Made by a program: the position numbers and the translations under genes. DNA of 64,000 nucleotides from a virus, in IMG/VR virus record IMGVR_UViG_3300045988_085724, positions 32,001 through 96,000 of that record; one strand, written 5' to 3'. Position 1 is the stretch's first letter; every line of letters starts with the position of its first letter. Of the stretch, positions 25,315-36,860 are shown piece by piece. A model generated the notes under the pieces. That model did no database searches. It saw nothing but the letters and a program-made list of their open reading frames with translations, and was not told the DNA's origin.

Positions 25315-27801
25315 TTAACGCTCTCCTACCGTTTTATTCCGCAAAGCGGTCTTAGCTTTAAGTTGTTCTCTTTCCATAGCAGCTTTATCTTTTTGCGCTT
25401 GAAGTTGCGATTCATGTTTCATCTTATCTTTCTCAAGCTGTATTTTAGCATCTTCGATCTCTTTCTTCTGTTTAGATTCGTAGCGCTTAGAGTACGCATC
25501 TTCACGTATCTTCATTTGTGCAGTAGCATCTTTAGCTATTTCCATAGGATCTGGTATACCATTCTGATTAGCATCTTTATCTTCAGTTCCGCGATATGCA
25601 GATATCTCAGCTACAGTAATCTTAGTGGCATTGTCTTGATCTATCTTATATCTATCAAGATCCATTTGAGCTTCTTGAAGCATGAGCTCTTGTTGTTTAG
25701 CTTCATTCTGCATCTGTTGAAGCTGTTGCTGTGCTTGTGCTTCAGCTTGTTGCTGTTGTTGTGCTTGTTCTTCTTGACGTTTTTGCATGGCTGCAAGTTT
25801 CTGTTTAATGATATTAAAGTTATCATTAGTGAGTATTTCAGCTGCTTCAAGTAGACTAGCACCATTCTGCATAGCAGGTTGTATAAGCTGTTGGAGCTTC
25901 TGTATGTTCTCAAGATCTTTAGAAGTATCGCTTACGAATACATCCATATCTTCATAGTAGAATTTGTCAGCTATATCGAGAAATGCACGTTCGCCATTGT
26001 CAAATATGTACGATAATTTCTTTTTACCAGTCTATTGCCAAGCACCTTTAGCTGTATTCAAAAGCATATTTAATACATGACGTTTACATTGAGCATGCGC
26101 CCAGAATAAAGGCTCTGTGATATGTGAAGATTGTACAACAGAACGCTCAACATTACCAACAAGTTCTGAAGAACTGATAGCACCTTGTCGTTGTTCTGTA
26201 ATACCAGATATAGTTCCAGCAAGTTGTTCAATCTTATCCATCAACTGAATATATTCAGATATAACATTAGACATTGTAAGATCTAATGCTGTAATCTGAT
26301 TAAATGAAGCAGGCTTTCCGCCTTCACGTCCAGGAACATTCCAGCCTTCTTCATATGGATTTATGAAGTTAACACCAACACTAGAAAGATAATGCATCCA
26401 ACGTTCTGGTGTAATGTTCATAGACTTAGGTATCTGCGTAATATCCATGTTGATAACTTTACCTTTGTCACGAGCGATAGCCAATTCAAGTCTATACCAT
26501 AATACAATATACATATACTGTAATGGTTTAAGAATACTTACAAGTGATCTAGGTTTGCTATTAGTATTACTATATACACAACCACAATATGGCAGCTTTT
26601 GACTATTAGGATTATCAATACTTACATGTTGATACTCAATAGGCTATATTCCAAAATACAAATCATTTCCTGCACGATATCCTTCCCATACTTCTACAAT
26701 CCAGTCTGGTTCCACAGATAATTCGTTGCCTATCTTTTTATACGACTCATCGGCAATTTGTACCTGAGGAGTGCCTGTCTCATCCATGACTGTTACGTAA
26801 AATATCTTTTTAAAAGACTTCCAGCAACAATGCCACACATTTATACAGTATCTACTTTTCTGATCGAATTCTGGATTATCGTATATATGCAATTGTATTC
26901 CTCCGCCTGTATCTACAGGATCGCCTTCTCGCATATCACCCATTGGTTTTCCAGTGAGCATTTCATTGAGTTTATTTAGATCTTTTTCATCTAATTTATT
27001 ATAATACCTATCATACACTTCTGCTACGGGCAGTCTCATCTTACGGCAACACCATGAACCATCTTCAATAAATTCTAGATCGGGACTTTTGTCATATGAA
27101 AAATATAACGGATTAACACGTTCCATATATGGCTCATCATTCTAAACACCTATATAGTATATCTCATTACCGGAGATAAGTGCATCTTTCCATCCTTTTA
27201 TAAATTCATTGTCTAGATTAAGCTTTTCTCTTAAGTAGACTAGCGTATGATACGCTGTATTTTCAACAACATCTTTATACGTACTATCCATATATTTAGC
27301 AATTTGTTCAGGAGGCATTATTTCGCCATTTTGTAATTGCTGTTGAAATTGCTATTGTTGTTCGGGATCCATTTTGGCCATTATTGCGGACATCATATAT
27401 TGGATCAGCATATCTTTTTCCTTATCCATTAAATCAGACGCTGCTTCCTAAGATGTACGCACTACTCTAAAGTTCATGGGTCTCTTTGTTTCCTCACCAA
27501 TGAGTAGGTCAATCTTAGGGCGTATGATATTAAAATCCTAAGGTGTTGCTGGGAATCCATCGTCTACTTTAAATGGGTTTGTTATACGTTTAAAATCTTT
27601 TTCGTCGAAAATACTATTATATAGATTATAATAAGTCTGCAGCTCCCCGAATTGTGTATTCTATCTTCCGCCGGATACAATATTACCTTCTCCGATAATA
27701 TAATTCACACAACTGTGTTGCCAATCCTCATTCTTCTTTGATAGAGGTAACTTCTGTTGCGGAAATGTTGCATTGTATAAATTATCTTCTATTCTAACCA
27801 T
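25315..27801 (-). CDS. portal protein with Q-rich coiled-coil C-terminus, TAG-recoded
   Basis: ATG at 27801-27799, right after the TerL stop. Track ORFs 26644..27126, 26032..26514 and 25315..25947 are in one frame. The 26032 stop is TAG. TAA at 25315. Position and length fit a crAss-like portal. Confidence 0.8.
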
Positions 27802-27803
27802 CG

Positions 27804-29861
27804 TTAAAAACTAAATATCGGTATATCATCTTGTACGCTATTGTCCTAGAACCACTGTGTTCCGAACAATGGCAATTCAAAGAGTTCAACCTATTTATTC
27901 TATTCTTGTGATTTGCTAACCTTCACCTAGTACAACTCTTCTCGATATATCATAACCATGCATAATGCTATAACACGGTCTACGTTCTTAACGCCATCAT
28001 TTTCTATAAGTTCTTCTATTAAAGGTTCGCTATATACTCTCTCTACGTTAGGATGCCCAGGTTCGTATTCTTCAAGTAACCATTCTAGAATAAGACCTTC
28101 TCCATATGCTCTAATCTATTTAGTCATATGACATCCTTTACGTCTTTGTACCTTACTGTCCTTAAAGACCTCAGAAATAATCTTATCGGGCTAATCTGCG
28201 AGTAAGTAATCACAGTGTTTGTTTGTGAAATAAGGATATATACCCTTACGTTCATTCTCAAATAATAATCTAGCATTATAGAACACTAATAGTTTTCTGA
28301 CGTTCTCATAATACTCTTCTGCTGTATCAGGTCTACCTGAATATTCTGCTACTATTACATCATTCCAAGCTTCTCCAGCTTTTACACGTTTGAATATGAA
28401 TACTGATCCTAATGAATTCGTAAATGAATCGTCGTGGTCGTAGGGATCACACCCTCCGATATACAATCCGAATGGCGGATCTTTTATAGGATATTCCCAT
28501 ATTACTATAGATCCATGTGGTTTATCTCCTTTCTTAAGTGGGTATTCAGTAATATCTCCAGACTTCTTTTCTGTAGCTATTATCTAACCGTTACCATCCC
28601 AATTGAGATCTACTATATGTTTCATATTACGTAACTTAGTGTTTGTACGTATACGTGTTAATTGATCCATTAGAAGTTTTCTTGGAAATATATTCTTACC
28701 TAATTCAAGTACAGCCTCTCTTGGCTTAATAGGACGTTCTGATATAAATCTATCTATGGACTATTGTGAAGCTCCTCCATCTTTAATCTTATTACGCTAC
28801 TCTATTAGATTCTCAATAGCTTTCTCACGAAGACTATTTCCATCTTTATCCATATAGATATAATTTCCATCTTTGTCAAAAGATTCTAGATTACTCCATG
28901 AAGGAACAAAGAATCCACAATTAGTTTGCTCAGCATTATCATCCCATATGTTAGGGAATGCCAGTACATTATATGCTTCAGGTTTATAGAACAGTTCCTT
29001 TAGACCAGTAAATGAAGCGCCCTCTGTACCACCTGTACCATAAGCTATCATTAATCCAAAAGCTACACCGTCGTCAGTTTCTACAGACGGCTGTTCTATT
29101 CGCCACGCATCTAACAAGCCAGGGAACTTACCTCCCTCCTCCCATAGTACTAATTTACCACGAGTACCACGAATACGTTCTGGGTCGTTCTTAAGTGTTA
29201 TTCCACTAATAGATGACATATAACCTTGTTCAGTCTATTTACCGAATTCATCAGTTACCTTATAACCAGCTACGCGTTCCATACGAGTAGATACAAGTCT
29301 TTGTTTAGCCCATGCTGTATTCTTGTCTATAAAATCCATGATTTGCCAAGCTTTTGTTAGTAAACCGTCTCCTATTAAGAACTTTTGTTCTGATGCTACA
29401 GCAAAGTTTTTAGATCCAGGTATCAATTCATAATTACGTACTAGCATTGATGCTCCTTTAAAGGAATACCCACGCTATCTGCTCTTAATCACCGACATGT
29501 GTTTACCTTGATCTTCCGCTTCTTCTATAGCGTTGTAGTAATAGTAATCATAGTCCCAAAATCTAGGAAAGTCTAATATACGTTCACGTCTTGTACGTAC
29601 ATTTCCATTTCTATCAGTATACTTAACTTCTTCTAGTTTCATAATAGGACTATAGTTTAGATAGAAATAATGATATCCAGTAATATAATCACCATCTGGC
29701 GCTATATAACCATTTAAACATCTATCTGTTTCTTGCTCCCAATATGTATTATAATCAGTAGTCCCTCTGGGAGCTAAAGTATAGCATTTATGCTTCTTAA
29801 AAAACTCAGCAGCAGGACTGAATTTTATAGAATTATAAATGCGTTTATTGAAATCTACCAT
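27804..29861 (-). CDS. terL: terminase large subunit, TAG-recoded
   Basis: Track ORFs 29475..29861, 29235..29447, 28797..29219 and 28191..28466 are all in one frame. Each lower boundary is cta (TAG). I read from 28190 down codon by codon to TAA at 27804-27806. Contains ...GYHYFYLNYSPIM... and ...GGCDPYDHDD... segments. Confidence 0.85.
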
Positions 29862-29863
29862 GT

Positions 29864-30157
29864 TTAATTTTTATCTTCGTAAGTATTGAATAATTCTGAA
29901 TCTCCAGTCTACGTATTTACGCCAATAGATGCTTTTAACGGATGAACATGTGTTACACTATCAGGAATCCCTGCAAATATATGCACCATTATGTTGTCGT
30001 CATTTTTAATACCGCCAGTACACCACGTGTGTTCTTTAAGAAATTCATCAATATTACCATTATACTAGTCGTTGATGAAATCTGTCATCATCTATTTTTT
30101 TGAGTAATCGCTACTCGTGAGCTTCTCAAAAGCAATTTTTGTAAAATTCATCATCAT
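29864..30157 (-). CDS. small protein upstream of terL (unknown), 3 in-frame TAG
   Basis: ATGATGATG at 30157-30149 to TAA at 29864-29866. Confidence 0.5.
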
Positions 30158-30160
30158 TCG

Positions 30161-30679
30161 TTATCTAGGATTTTCGTAAAGACCTATTACACCTCCACCT
30201 TTAACTCTACCGGTTTCAGCCTGTTCAGCCTTTGCTTGTTTCATCGCCATATCAAGCGATTTAATTATTCCACTTATATCCTTGAGAAGCTTAGACACTT
30301 TAGTAGCACTATCTATATCTAAATCTGTCTCAGAATAACTATTCATTACACTCATAATCGCCTCTGCTGCATGTTTCGACGAAGTAAGCAAACGAGTCAT
30401 CGGAGTTTCTTGAAACTCGTTAAACCGTTTTGCCAACTCCATCATCTATGCATCAGGTTTAAAATTCTCATCCTTAAAGACATCCTTAGCTACTCTCCAC
30501 GTACGCTCCTTTTCTGGATATGCCTCATATGGAGTATTCCATTTATATCGCCATACTATAAATTCGATTTTCTTCAACGCTTCTTGTTTATCTTTAGCGT
30601 TATTATAGTAATCTTTAAATGGAGGTATAGCTAATTCATCAGTCTTTAGTATTATCTTATTTCCCTATATATCAAACAT
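30161..30679 (-). CDS. small protein (small-terminase position; function unproven), TAG-recoded
   Basis: ATG at 30679-30677. TAGs at 30665 and 30446. Joins track ORF 30161..30445. TAA at 30161. Confidence 0.55.
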
Positions 30680-31107
30680 TATGTTAGTTTAGTTAATGCG
30701 CCATGCATAATAAATGTAACTTGGCTATTATTTGCAGATAACTTACGCACAATCGCTGTAATAATGTACATGTTATTATTTGCAGTATTATAATAATTAG
30801 TAGTATAATATAACGTCATACTGTTGTCTGCACTCGTCTCACGCTATAAATTAAATATAAGCGTTGGGAAATCATTTACTCCGACTGGTCCAAATGCATC
30901 TTGTACACCATTCCAAATAATATATTGAGGTGGGTATCCATTTCCAAGAGCATCTCCTCTCTATGTAAATATTAGTTTTTGCTAGTCTTCTGGTATACTG
31001 TACGAGTACGTATCCGTTGTTTTACTACCTAAAGTAATCGATATAGGATGAGCAAATTTTGTCCAGTCTTTTAGGCGAACAAGTCCAGATCTGTCTAATG
31101 TTTCCAT
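30679..31107 (-). CDS. small structural protein (unknown), TAG-recoded
   Basis: ATG at 31107-31105 to TAA at 30679-30681 (TAATG overlap with the next start), with three in-frame TAGs. Confidence 0.5.
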
Positions 31108-31113
31108 AGGTTA

Positions 31114-32406
31114 TTATATTAATATTTTAGTTAATTCGTCATTAGAAATAGCTCTAAGCGTAGATTCATCCCAAACAGCTGCACCATCTATTGATAATGT
31201 ACTATGATCTGCACTATATTGGTACGTTAGAGAATCAACAAGTGTACCAACCTCATTAGTTTCAGAATCACATTCTCCAAGGATGCTGTATGTATTTCCT
31301 ATAGCAGTTGATGATAAATTGCTATTAGTCAGCTTGTGCGTATTAATAGCGTCATAGACAGCTTTGCCACTTACTGCATCAGTACCAGTACTTTCTACTT
31401 TATTCACGACTGTATTCCTAGTGGCACCATCTGCTATTCCATTCAACTTAGTCAACAGCGTAGGTGACATCAAACCGTTCGTATTAGTCGTTACAGTAGG
31501 TATTGTAGTAGGACCTACATTTGCGCCCTGATACTCAGTTAATTTCAATTGGAGATCACTAGAGCCATCTGTAGCTGGAACAAATCCTATAGTCTCAATG
31601 CGATGCTTGTTAATCTCACTAGCGATTTTCTTGTCTGCGTCAGTCTTAGTATAATAACCACTTAGATCAAATGAAGCAGTAACCTCGCCAAGTTTCTCCC
31701 ATTTAGTAGCATCATATGTAGCAGTAAGATCACCAGTGTAAATATATTCGGCATAATTATTCTTGTCTCCAGTAGTTCCTACAGCCTTCAAATAAATATG
31801 CTTCTTAATAGTAGCAATAGTACTGGGTAATTCAGTCACAACTTCAAACAATGTAGTATCGAGATTACCAAGTTGACTCAATGGTATAAATCCTTTAGTA
31901 TCAAGTGTAGCAAATCCATTTGGTAAACCAAATGTATTTAATTTGTCAGCAACTGCTCCACTCCAAAGGTTAAGACTCTCAAATTTAGCATCAGAATCAG
32001 TTTTAAAAGAATTTAAATCAGACGTAACGGAATTTAAATTATTTTCAAATGTTTCGTCTTTTTCTTTTAATTCCTCGAGAATTGGAGTAATCTCGTCACT
32101 AACCACGGTAATGATTTCATCAGCAGTAGGAACCTTTTCCCAACCTGCAGCTTTACCACGGCTGGCCCAATTGATTAATCTGTAATCCTCATTACTTTCT
32201 TGTACGTGCCAAATCTGACCTACAGCATCAGCGCCAGTAGTTGTACCATCACCATATGAAGATGACAGGACACAAGCTGCGATCGAATAAAGGTCTGCCT
32301 GTGTAGCAACTGTTCTAAAACCAGATATCTGGTTGGCGTCAACAATTCCCCAAGATGCTGGGTTAGCAGACACCACTTTCGCCATTCTATATAATCTTCC
32401 TGCCAT
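31114..32406 (-). CDS. tail fibre protein, TAG-free
   Basis: Intact 430-aa ORF. It shares a VTELP...IYL...EYIY...DLSxYYTK module with the 33694..35601 product. Confidence 0.7.
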   Translation of the reverse strand: MAGRLYRMAKVVSANPASWGIVDANQISGFRTVATQADLYSIAACVLSSSYGDGTTTGADAVGQIWHVQESNEDYRLINWASRGKAAGWEKVPTADEIITVVSDEITPILEELKEKDETFENNLNSVTSDLNSFKTDSDAKFESLNLWSGAVADKLNTFGLPNGFATLDTKGFIPLSQLGNLDTTLFEVVTELPSTIATIKKHIYLKAVGTTGDKNNYAEYIYTGDLTATYDATKWEKLGEVTASFDLSGYYTKTDADKKIASEINKHRIETIGFVPATDGSSDLQLKLTEYQGANVGPTTIPTVTTNTNGLMSPTLLTKLNGIADGATRNTVVNKVESTGTDAVSGKAVYDAINTHKLTNSNLSSTAIGNTYSILGECDSETNEVGTLVDSLTYQYSADHSTLSIDGAAVWDESTLRAISNDELTKILI

Positions 32407-32408
32407 AA

Positions 32409-33200
32409 TTATTCAAATTTAAGAGTACAACTAGAATTCAGTGCACCATTGCCAGTATAATATACATTATACGAAATTGCAGCAGCACCTGAACCATTAT
32501 CATGATTAACAGTCGTTTTAGTAAATGCAGTAAGCACAGCATCTACACCATCCTTAGAGATGGCTTTAAGATCTCCCCAAGCAGTAGGATAAGCATATAC
32601 ATACATCTGTGATACAGATGTAGCGCTAGCATTAACCTGCTTAGTCTTTGATGTAGTTATCTCACTTGTGAGACCGCTGATTAATGCATCTGTAATAGTA
32701 CCTGCAGTAGCTACACCATAGAATATCTTGTTACCAAAAGAAGCACGAGCTGTACATGAAGTAGTATCCACAGCAGTAGCACTAGCCTGATGAATCTTTC
32801 CATTCTCATATACAAGGCCTGCCTGAGGAGCTGTAATGCTCTGTGTAATATTGGTAGTAGTTGAAATCAAATCTGATGTATATGAAGCACTGGCCGATGA
32901 CGGATCTGGTAGTGTTGTGCCCCATGAACCGCTTGTTTTTGTAGGAAGTTTCTTAGCACTGTCTGCAGTATACATCCACCTACCTGTGAATTTTACTTTG
33001 TAACCATTTTCTACAGAAACGTTGGTAGTTGTAATCGGAGAGCCAACAGCAGTTGTTCCATCATTCTTATATATCTGCCAACTTGGAGAAACAATTACAG
33101 GGGTTACAAGAGGTTTATCGCCTGTAAGAATACCGTCATATCTACCTTTGATTTTGTTCCAAAAAGCAGTAACGCCGGCCTTATCTAAAAATTCTGCCAT
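32409..33200 (-). CDS. tail fibre / receptor-binding candidate, TAG-free
   Basis: Intact 263-aa ORF. S/T-rich and beta-rich in appearance. Tightly packed between fibre genes. Confidence 0.6.
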   Translation of the reverse strand: MAEFLDKAGVTAFWNKIKGRYDGILTGDKPLVTPVIVSPSWQIYKNDGTTAVGSPITTTNVSVENGYKVKFTGRWMYTADSAKKLPTKTSGSWGTTLPDPSSASASYTSDLISTTTNITQSITAPQAGLVYENGKIHQASATAVDTTSCTARASFGNKIFYGVATAGTITDALISGLTSEITTSKTKQVNASATSVSQMYVYAYPTAWGDLKAISKDGVDAVLTAFTKTTVNHDNGSGAAAISYNVYYTGNGALNSSCTLKFE

Positions 33201-33201
33201 A

Positions 33202-33510
33202 TTATAAATCTTCTATAAATTGTTTAGATATACTTTCGACATTTATAATTCCGTTATGTATATTAAGATTGTCTCCGCACTGTACTATGCCAGGTCTCTA
33301 TTTAGATGCTATATTGTTAAATGTAACAACATTGTCAAGTCCAGACAGATATTTTATATACATTTTTATACTATTCGCATCTAATAAATCACCTTCCTCA
33401 AAATTGATATTAGACAGGCCTTCATACTTATTTAGAATGATAACCGACGGTATTTTAGGTATCTTTACATTTTCAATTAGTTTAGTACCAAATAGTTTTG
33501 ATTTATTCAT
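33202..33510 (-). CDS. small protein (fibre assembly or adaptor candidate), TAG-recoded
   Basis: Track ORF 33298..33510 ends in TAG. The frame continues to TAA at 33202-33204, abutting the next ATG. Confidence 0.5.
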
Positions 33511-33693
33511 GCTATATTTATGTATATCTGTAATTTTATAAGTAATACAATATGGACTAGGACTAGATACATCCTAGTCCACGATAATTAAAATATAAGA
33601 CCTACCTTTTTCATATTTAAATATGCGGTAGATTCTGTTGCACTAGGCGGGGTAGCGAACCCCGTAATGCTTACATTAAGACCTAGTTAAGTT

Positions 33694-35601
33694 TTATGCA
33701 GGAGTATTAGCAGCTTCAAGAGCTCTTACCTTAGTTTCTAATTGTTCAATACGTGATGTTAAATCTGCTATTACTTCTTGAACTGATTTATAAGTAGTAT
33801 TGTCTGTGCTAATACCGTCATATCCACCTACGCCTATAAGGTATTTGTATCCGTTTTTAGGATCGTCAGTTAAACCAGTACCATTTTCGTTATTTTTAGC
33901 ATAGATATATTCAGCATTTTTTCTAGTTGTATCATTACCTATACCGACTGAATGAATAGCATTTTTGTTATCAACGTTATAAATACCCTAAGCGTGAGAA
34001 CAATACCCACTAGCTTTTGTATTATTTCCTTCTGAATGAGATGAGTATCCATTGCTATACGTATTGCTTCCTTCAGCATGTGAAAAATCATCGCTTGCAA
34101 TTGTATTTAGTCCTTCGGCATGAGAAGAGTTACCAAGAGCTTTCGTGGTTTGTCCTTCTGCATGTGAATAAGGTCCACTAGCTTTTGTACTATTACCTTC
34201 AGCGTGAGAACCAGTGCCGGCAGCTTCTGTAGAATATCCTTCAACGAATGAATAATATCCACTAGCAGCACATGAACCATTAGCAGTAAAAGCTTTCAAT
34301 CCTAACGCTTTACGACTCTCTTCAATATAATAACCACCACTAGCACTCTTCTTTAACAATACATCAGAAGCATTAGCTTTAGTAGCTAAATCAGCAACAT
34401 TAGCCTTAGTAGATAAATCTACAGTAGAGCCATCAGTAGCCCATGCTTTAGTAGCAGAGGGATTAGCGAAAGCTGCTATACTTTTTACACCTGTTATAGT
34501 AGCTCCTTCGGTACCATTTATAGGACGAGATATTTTAAATTTAGGGTTATTATATTGTCCAAAAATTATTGAACATTCATCATTAAAGGTTGTTAAGTTA
34601 ATAGCTGTATCGTCATCTACATCCAGCTATATAGAATTGTTAATAACATGTGAGGAATAATTTGCACCATATATACGTAATCCATATTTATCAAGTCTAC
34701 CACTATAGTTTCCATTGTCTTTTAAAAAAAGACCATAGATAGCATTAATCCTTACATTATTGGCGCCGTCATCTAAAGACAGCTCTACTGGAGAATACCC
34801 ATACTCTTGTTCTTCCTCTGTAAGGTCTTTATTGGTATTTATTTCAATACTACCGTTAATATTATAGTTATACATATACATATAACCGTCATATACATGA
34901 GCACTCTGGCCTCTACTTTCAATATCCAGACCACCACTGTAAAGATTACCATAACATCCGTTGTCATCACTATGTCTAAAACCATCGGAAGCATTAATAT
35001 CAATAGTACTGCCATCATTGTGGTCAGTTAAAGATACATTTACCGGACTACCGTAATCTTCACCAGCCGCAGTATCATTGATGTCTAGTTTTATAGATTT
35101 GGTATCGTCTTCATTATGTATATTAATAGCACTATTCTTTGCTATCTATATCTAATTATCAGTTTCTTCTTTAGTATAGTAGTCTGACAAATCTACTTTG
35201 GCCTGTATTCTACCTACTTCCTCAAATGTATTCTTTGACTCTACATAGATATACTCAATGAATACATTATTGCCTTCACCATCCTTATTTGGTACAAGAT
35301 ATATACAATTCTTATCTATATCTGTAGTAGGAAGCTCTGTAACTATCTTAATCAAGTTATGATCTATAAGCTGTTTAATAGACTCATTAATCTTATTAAT
35401 CTTATCAGTTTGAGCATCAAGCTCATTAGATATATCCGAATCCAGTGCATTCAGATATGCCACAATGTCTTTAGCAAGCAATATATCAGATGTACCAAAC
35501 TCAGTATCTTTACTGTCGGCCGGAACAGCAATATTAAGATTAGTCATCTGGTTAGTTTGTGGGGATAAGTACTTAGCCCCAGTTATTTGTGTTTTTAACA
35601 T
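33694..35601 (-). CDS. tail fibre with YadA-head-like SHAEG repeats, TAG-recoded
   Basis: Track ORFs 35152..35601, 34627..34881 and 33988..34359 are in one frame, and the checked junctions are TAG. Has repeated GxxSHAEGxxTxA units. TAA at 33694-33696. Confidence 0.7.
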
Positions 35602-35686
35602 GTTAATTTAATTTTTAGTTAGTATATATACAAATAAAGGGGTAGCCCTATGTAGGACACCCCCTTCCTCGGATTTTATACCGGTA

Positions 35687-36217
35687 TTATTTATCCGACT
35701 CAGAACCGTTTGTTGGTTCAGCCGCTTGATCTGGTGCAGTCTCAGTATTCTGAGATCCTGTATCCGCGCTAATATCTTTCTTATCTGAAGAACCATAGCC
35801 ATCTTCTCCACGCTCAGACTCTGAAAGATTATCTGCAAAAACAGGTTCAATTTCAGGATAAGGCATGATGACCAACTGCGCAATCCTATCACCAATACTA
35901 TATACAGCAGGAATAGAATCACCACTAGTGTTCTTAAACTTTAGAAGGATTTCTCCACGATAGCCTGAATCTATTACACCCACAGCGTTAGTAAGAGTAA
36001 GAGATTTCTTATATACGCTAGATCGTTGGAACAAAAGACCAACATGACCAACGGGAATTTCGGCAGCAATACCTGTATGATATACTAAAACAAACTGACC
36101 ACACTCGTTAACCTCACTTGTAATATTTACACACGTAAGATCCAAACCTGCATCTGTAGAATGTGCTTTACTAGGCAATACTGCTTTATCTGATAATTTC
36201 TTAAATTTAACTTCCAT
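35687..36217 (-). CDS. dut: dUTP diphosphatase
   Basis: Contains ...AGLDL..., ...GVIDSGYRGEI... and ...DRIAQLV..., which are characteristic dUTPase motifs. Intact ORF. Confidence 0.85.
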   Translation of the reverse strand: MEVKFKKLSDKAVLPSKAHSTDAGLDLTCVNITSEVNECGQFVLVYHTGIAAEIPVGHVGLLFQRSSVYKKSLTLTNAVGVIDSGYRGEILLKFKNTSGDSIPAVYSIGDRIAQLVIMPYPEIEPVFADNLSESERGEDGYGSSDKKDISADTGSQNTETAPDQAAEPTNGSESDK

Positions 36218-36218
36218 A

Positions 36219-36842
36219 TTATTGTATGTTTATAAAATCTATAAATAAATAATCTTTAGAACCCGATTGTTTATGTTCTTCTATGTTCTGATGGTTCTTC
36301 AATTTAGCATATAATATAGGACATAGGTCGTCAATTATACGTAAGAACTTATTATCATTCTTAAATAAAGATGTAGTACTAGAGTACTTATCAACCAGTG
36401 TAGGTATGTCTTTATTCTTAAACTCGTACAATACTTTCCAATCGTACTTTCTATTGCCTCCGAAAAACTTTATGTTCTTATATTGCGTCTCGTAAGTTTC
36501 ACAGTCGTAAATAAATTCGTGCTCCTTATTTACAGCTAAAGGATCATGTTTGGCAAAAGAATCTTCTTCGCATAATACTCGTACATAGCAATCTCCTTTC
36601 TTGTCGAGGAATTTAAGCATTTCCCGTAATACCCTCCATGAATTATCGTATGCTATTCTACCATGACGAATTTCTTCACACATCATATCGTTATACCACA
36701 ATCGTATATCAAATACTCTTGCTCCAAGTTCATATTGTTTTTCGTAATCTATTGATTGACATCTAGCGGTAAATTTAAGTAACTTACCCCACCATGTTTT
36801 AGGTGTAAGATATGTCAATGAGTTATGTGTTCCTATATTCAT
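36219..36842 (-). CDS. PLC-like phosphodiesterase (PI-PLC X-box-like)
   Basis: The arrangement GTHNS...Q...GARVFDIRL...HG resembles the PI-PLC X domain. Intact ORF. Confidence 0.45.
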   Translation of the reverse strand: MNIGTHNSLTYLTPKTWWGKLLKFTARCQSIDYEKQYELGARVFDIRLWYNDMMCEEIRHGRIAYDNSWRVLREMLKFLDKKGDCYVRVLCEEDSFAKHDPLAVNKEHEFIYDCETYETQYKNIKFFGGNRKYDWKVLYEFKNKDIPTLVDKYSSTTSLFKNDNKFLRIIDDLCPILYAKLKNHQNIEEHKQSGSKDYLFIDFINIQ

Positions 36843-36860
36843 ATGTCTATATTTAATTAG

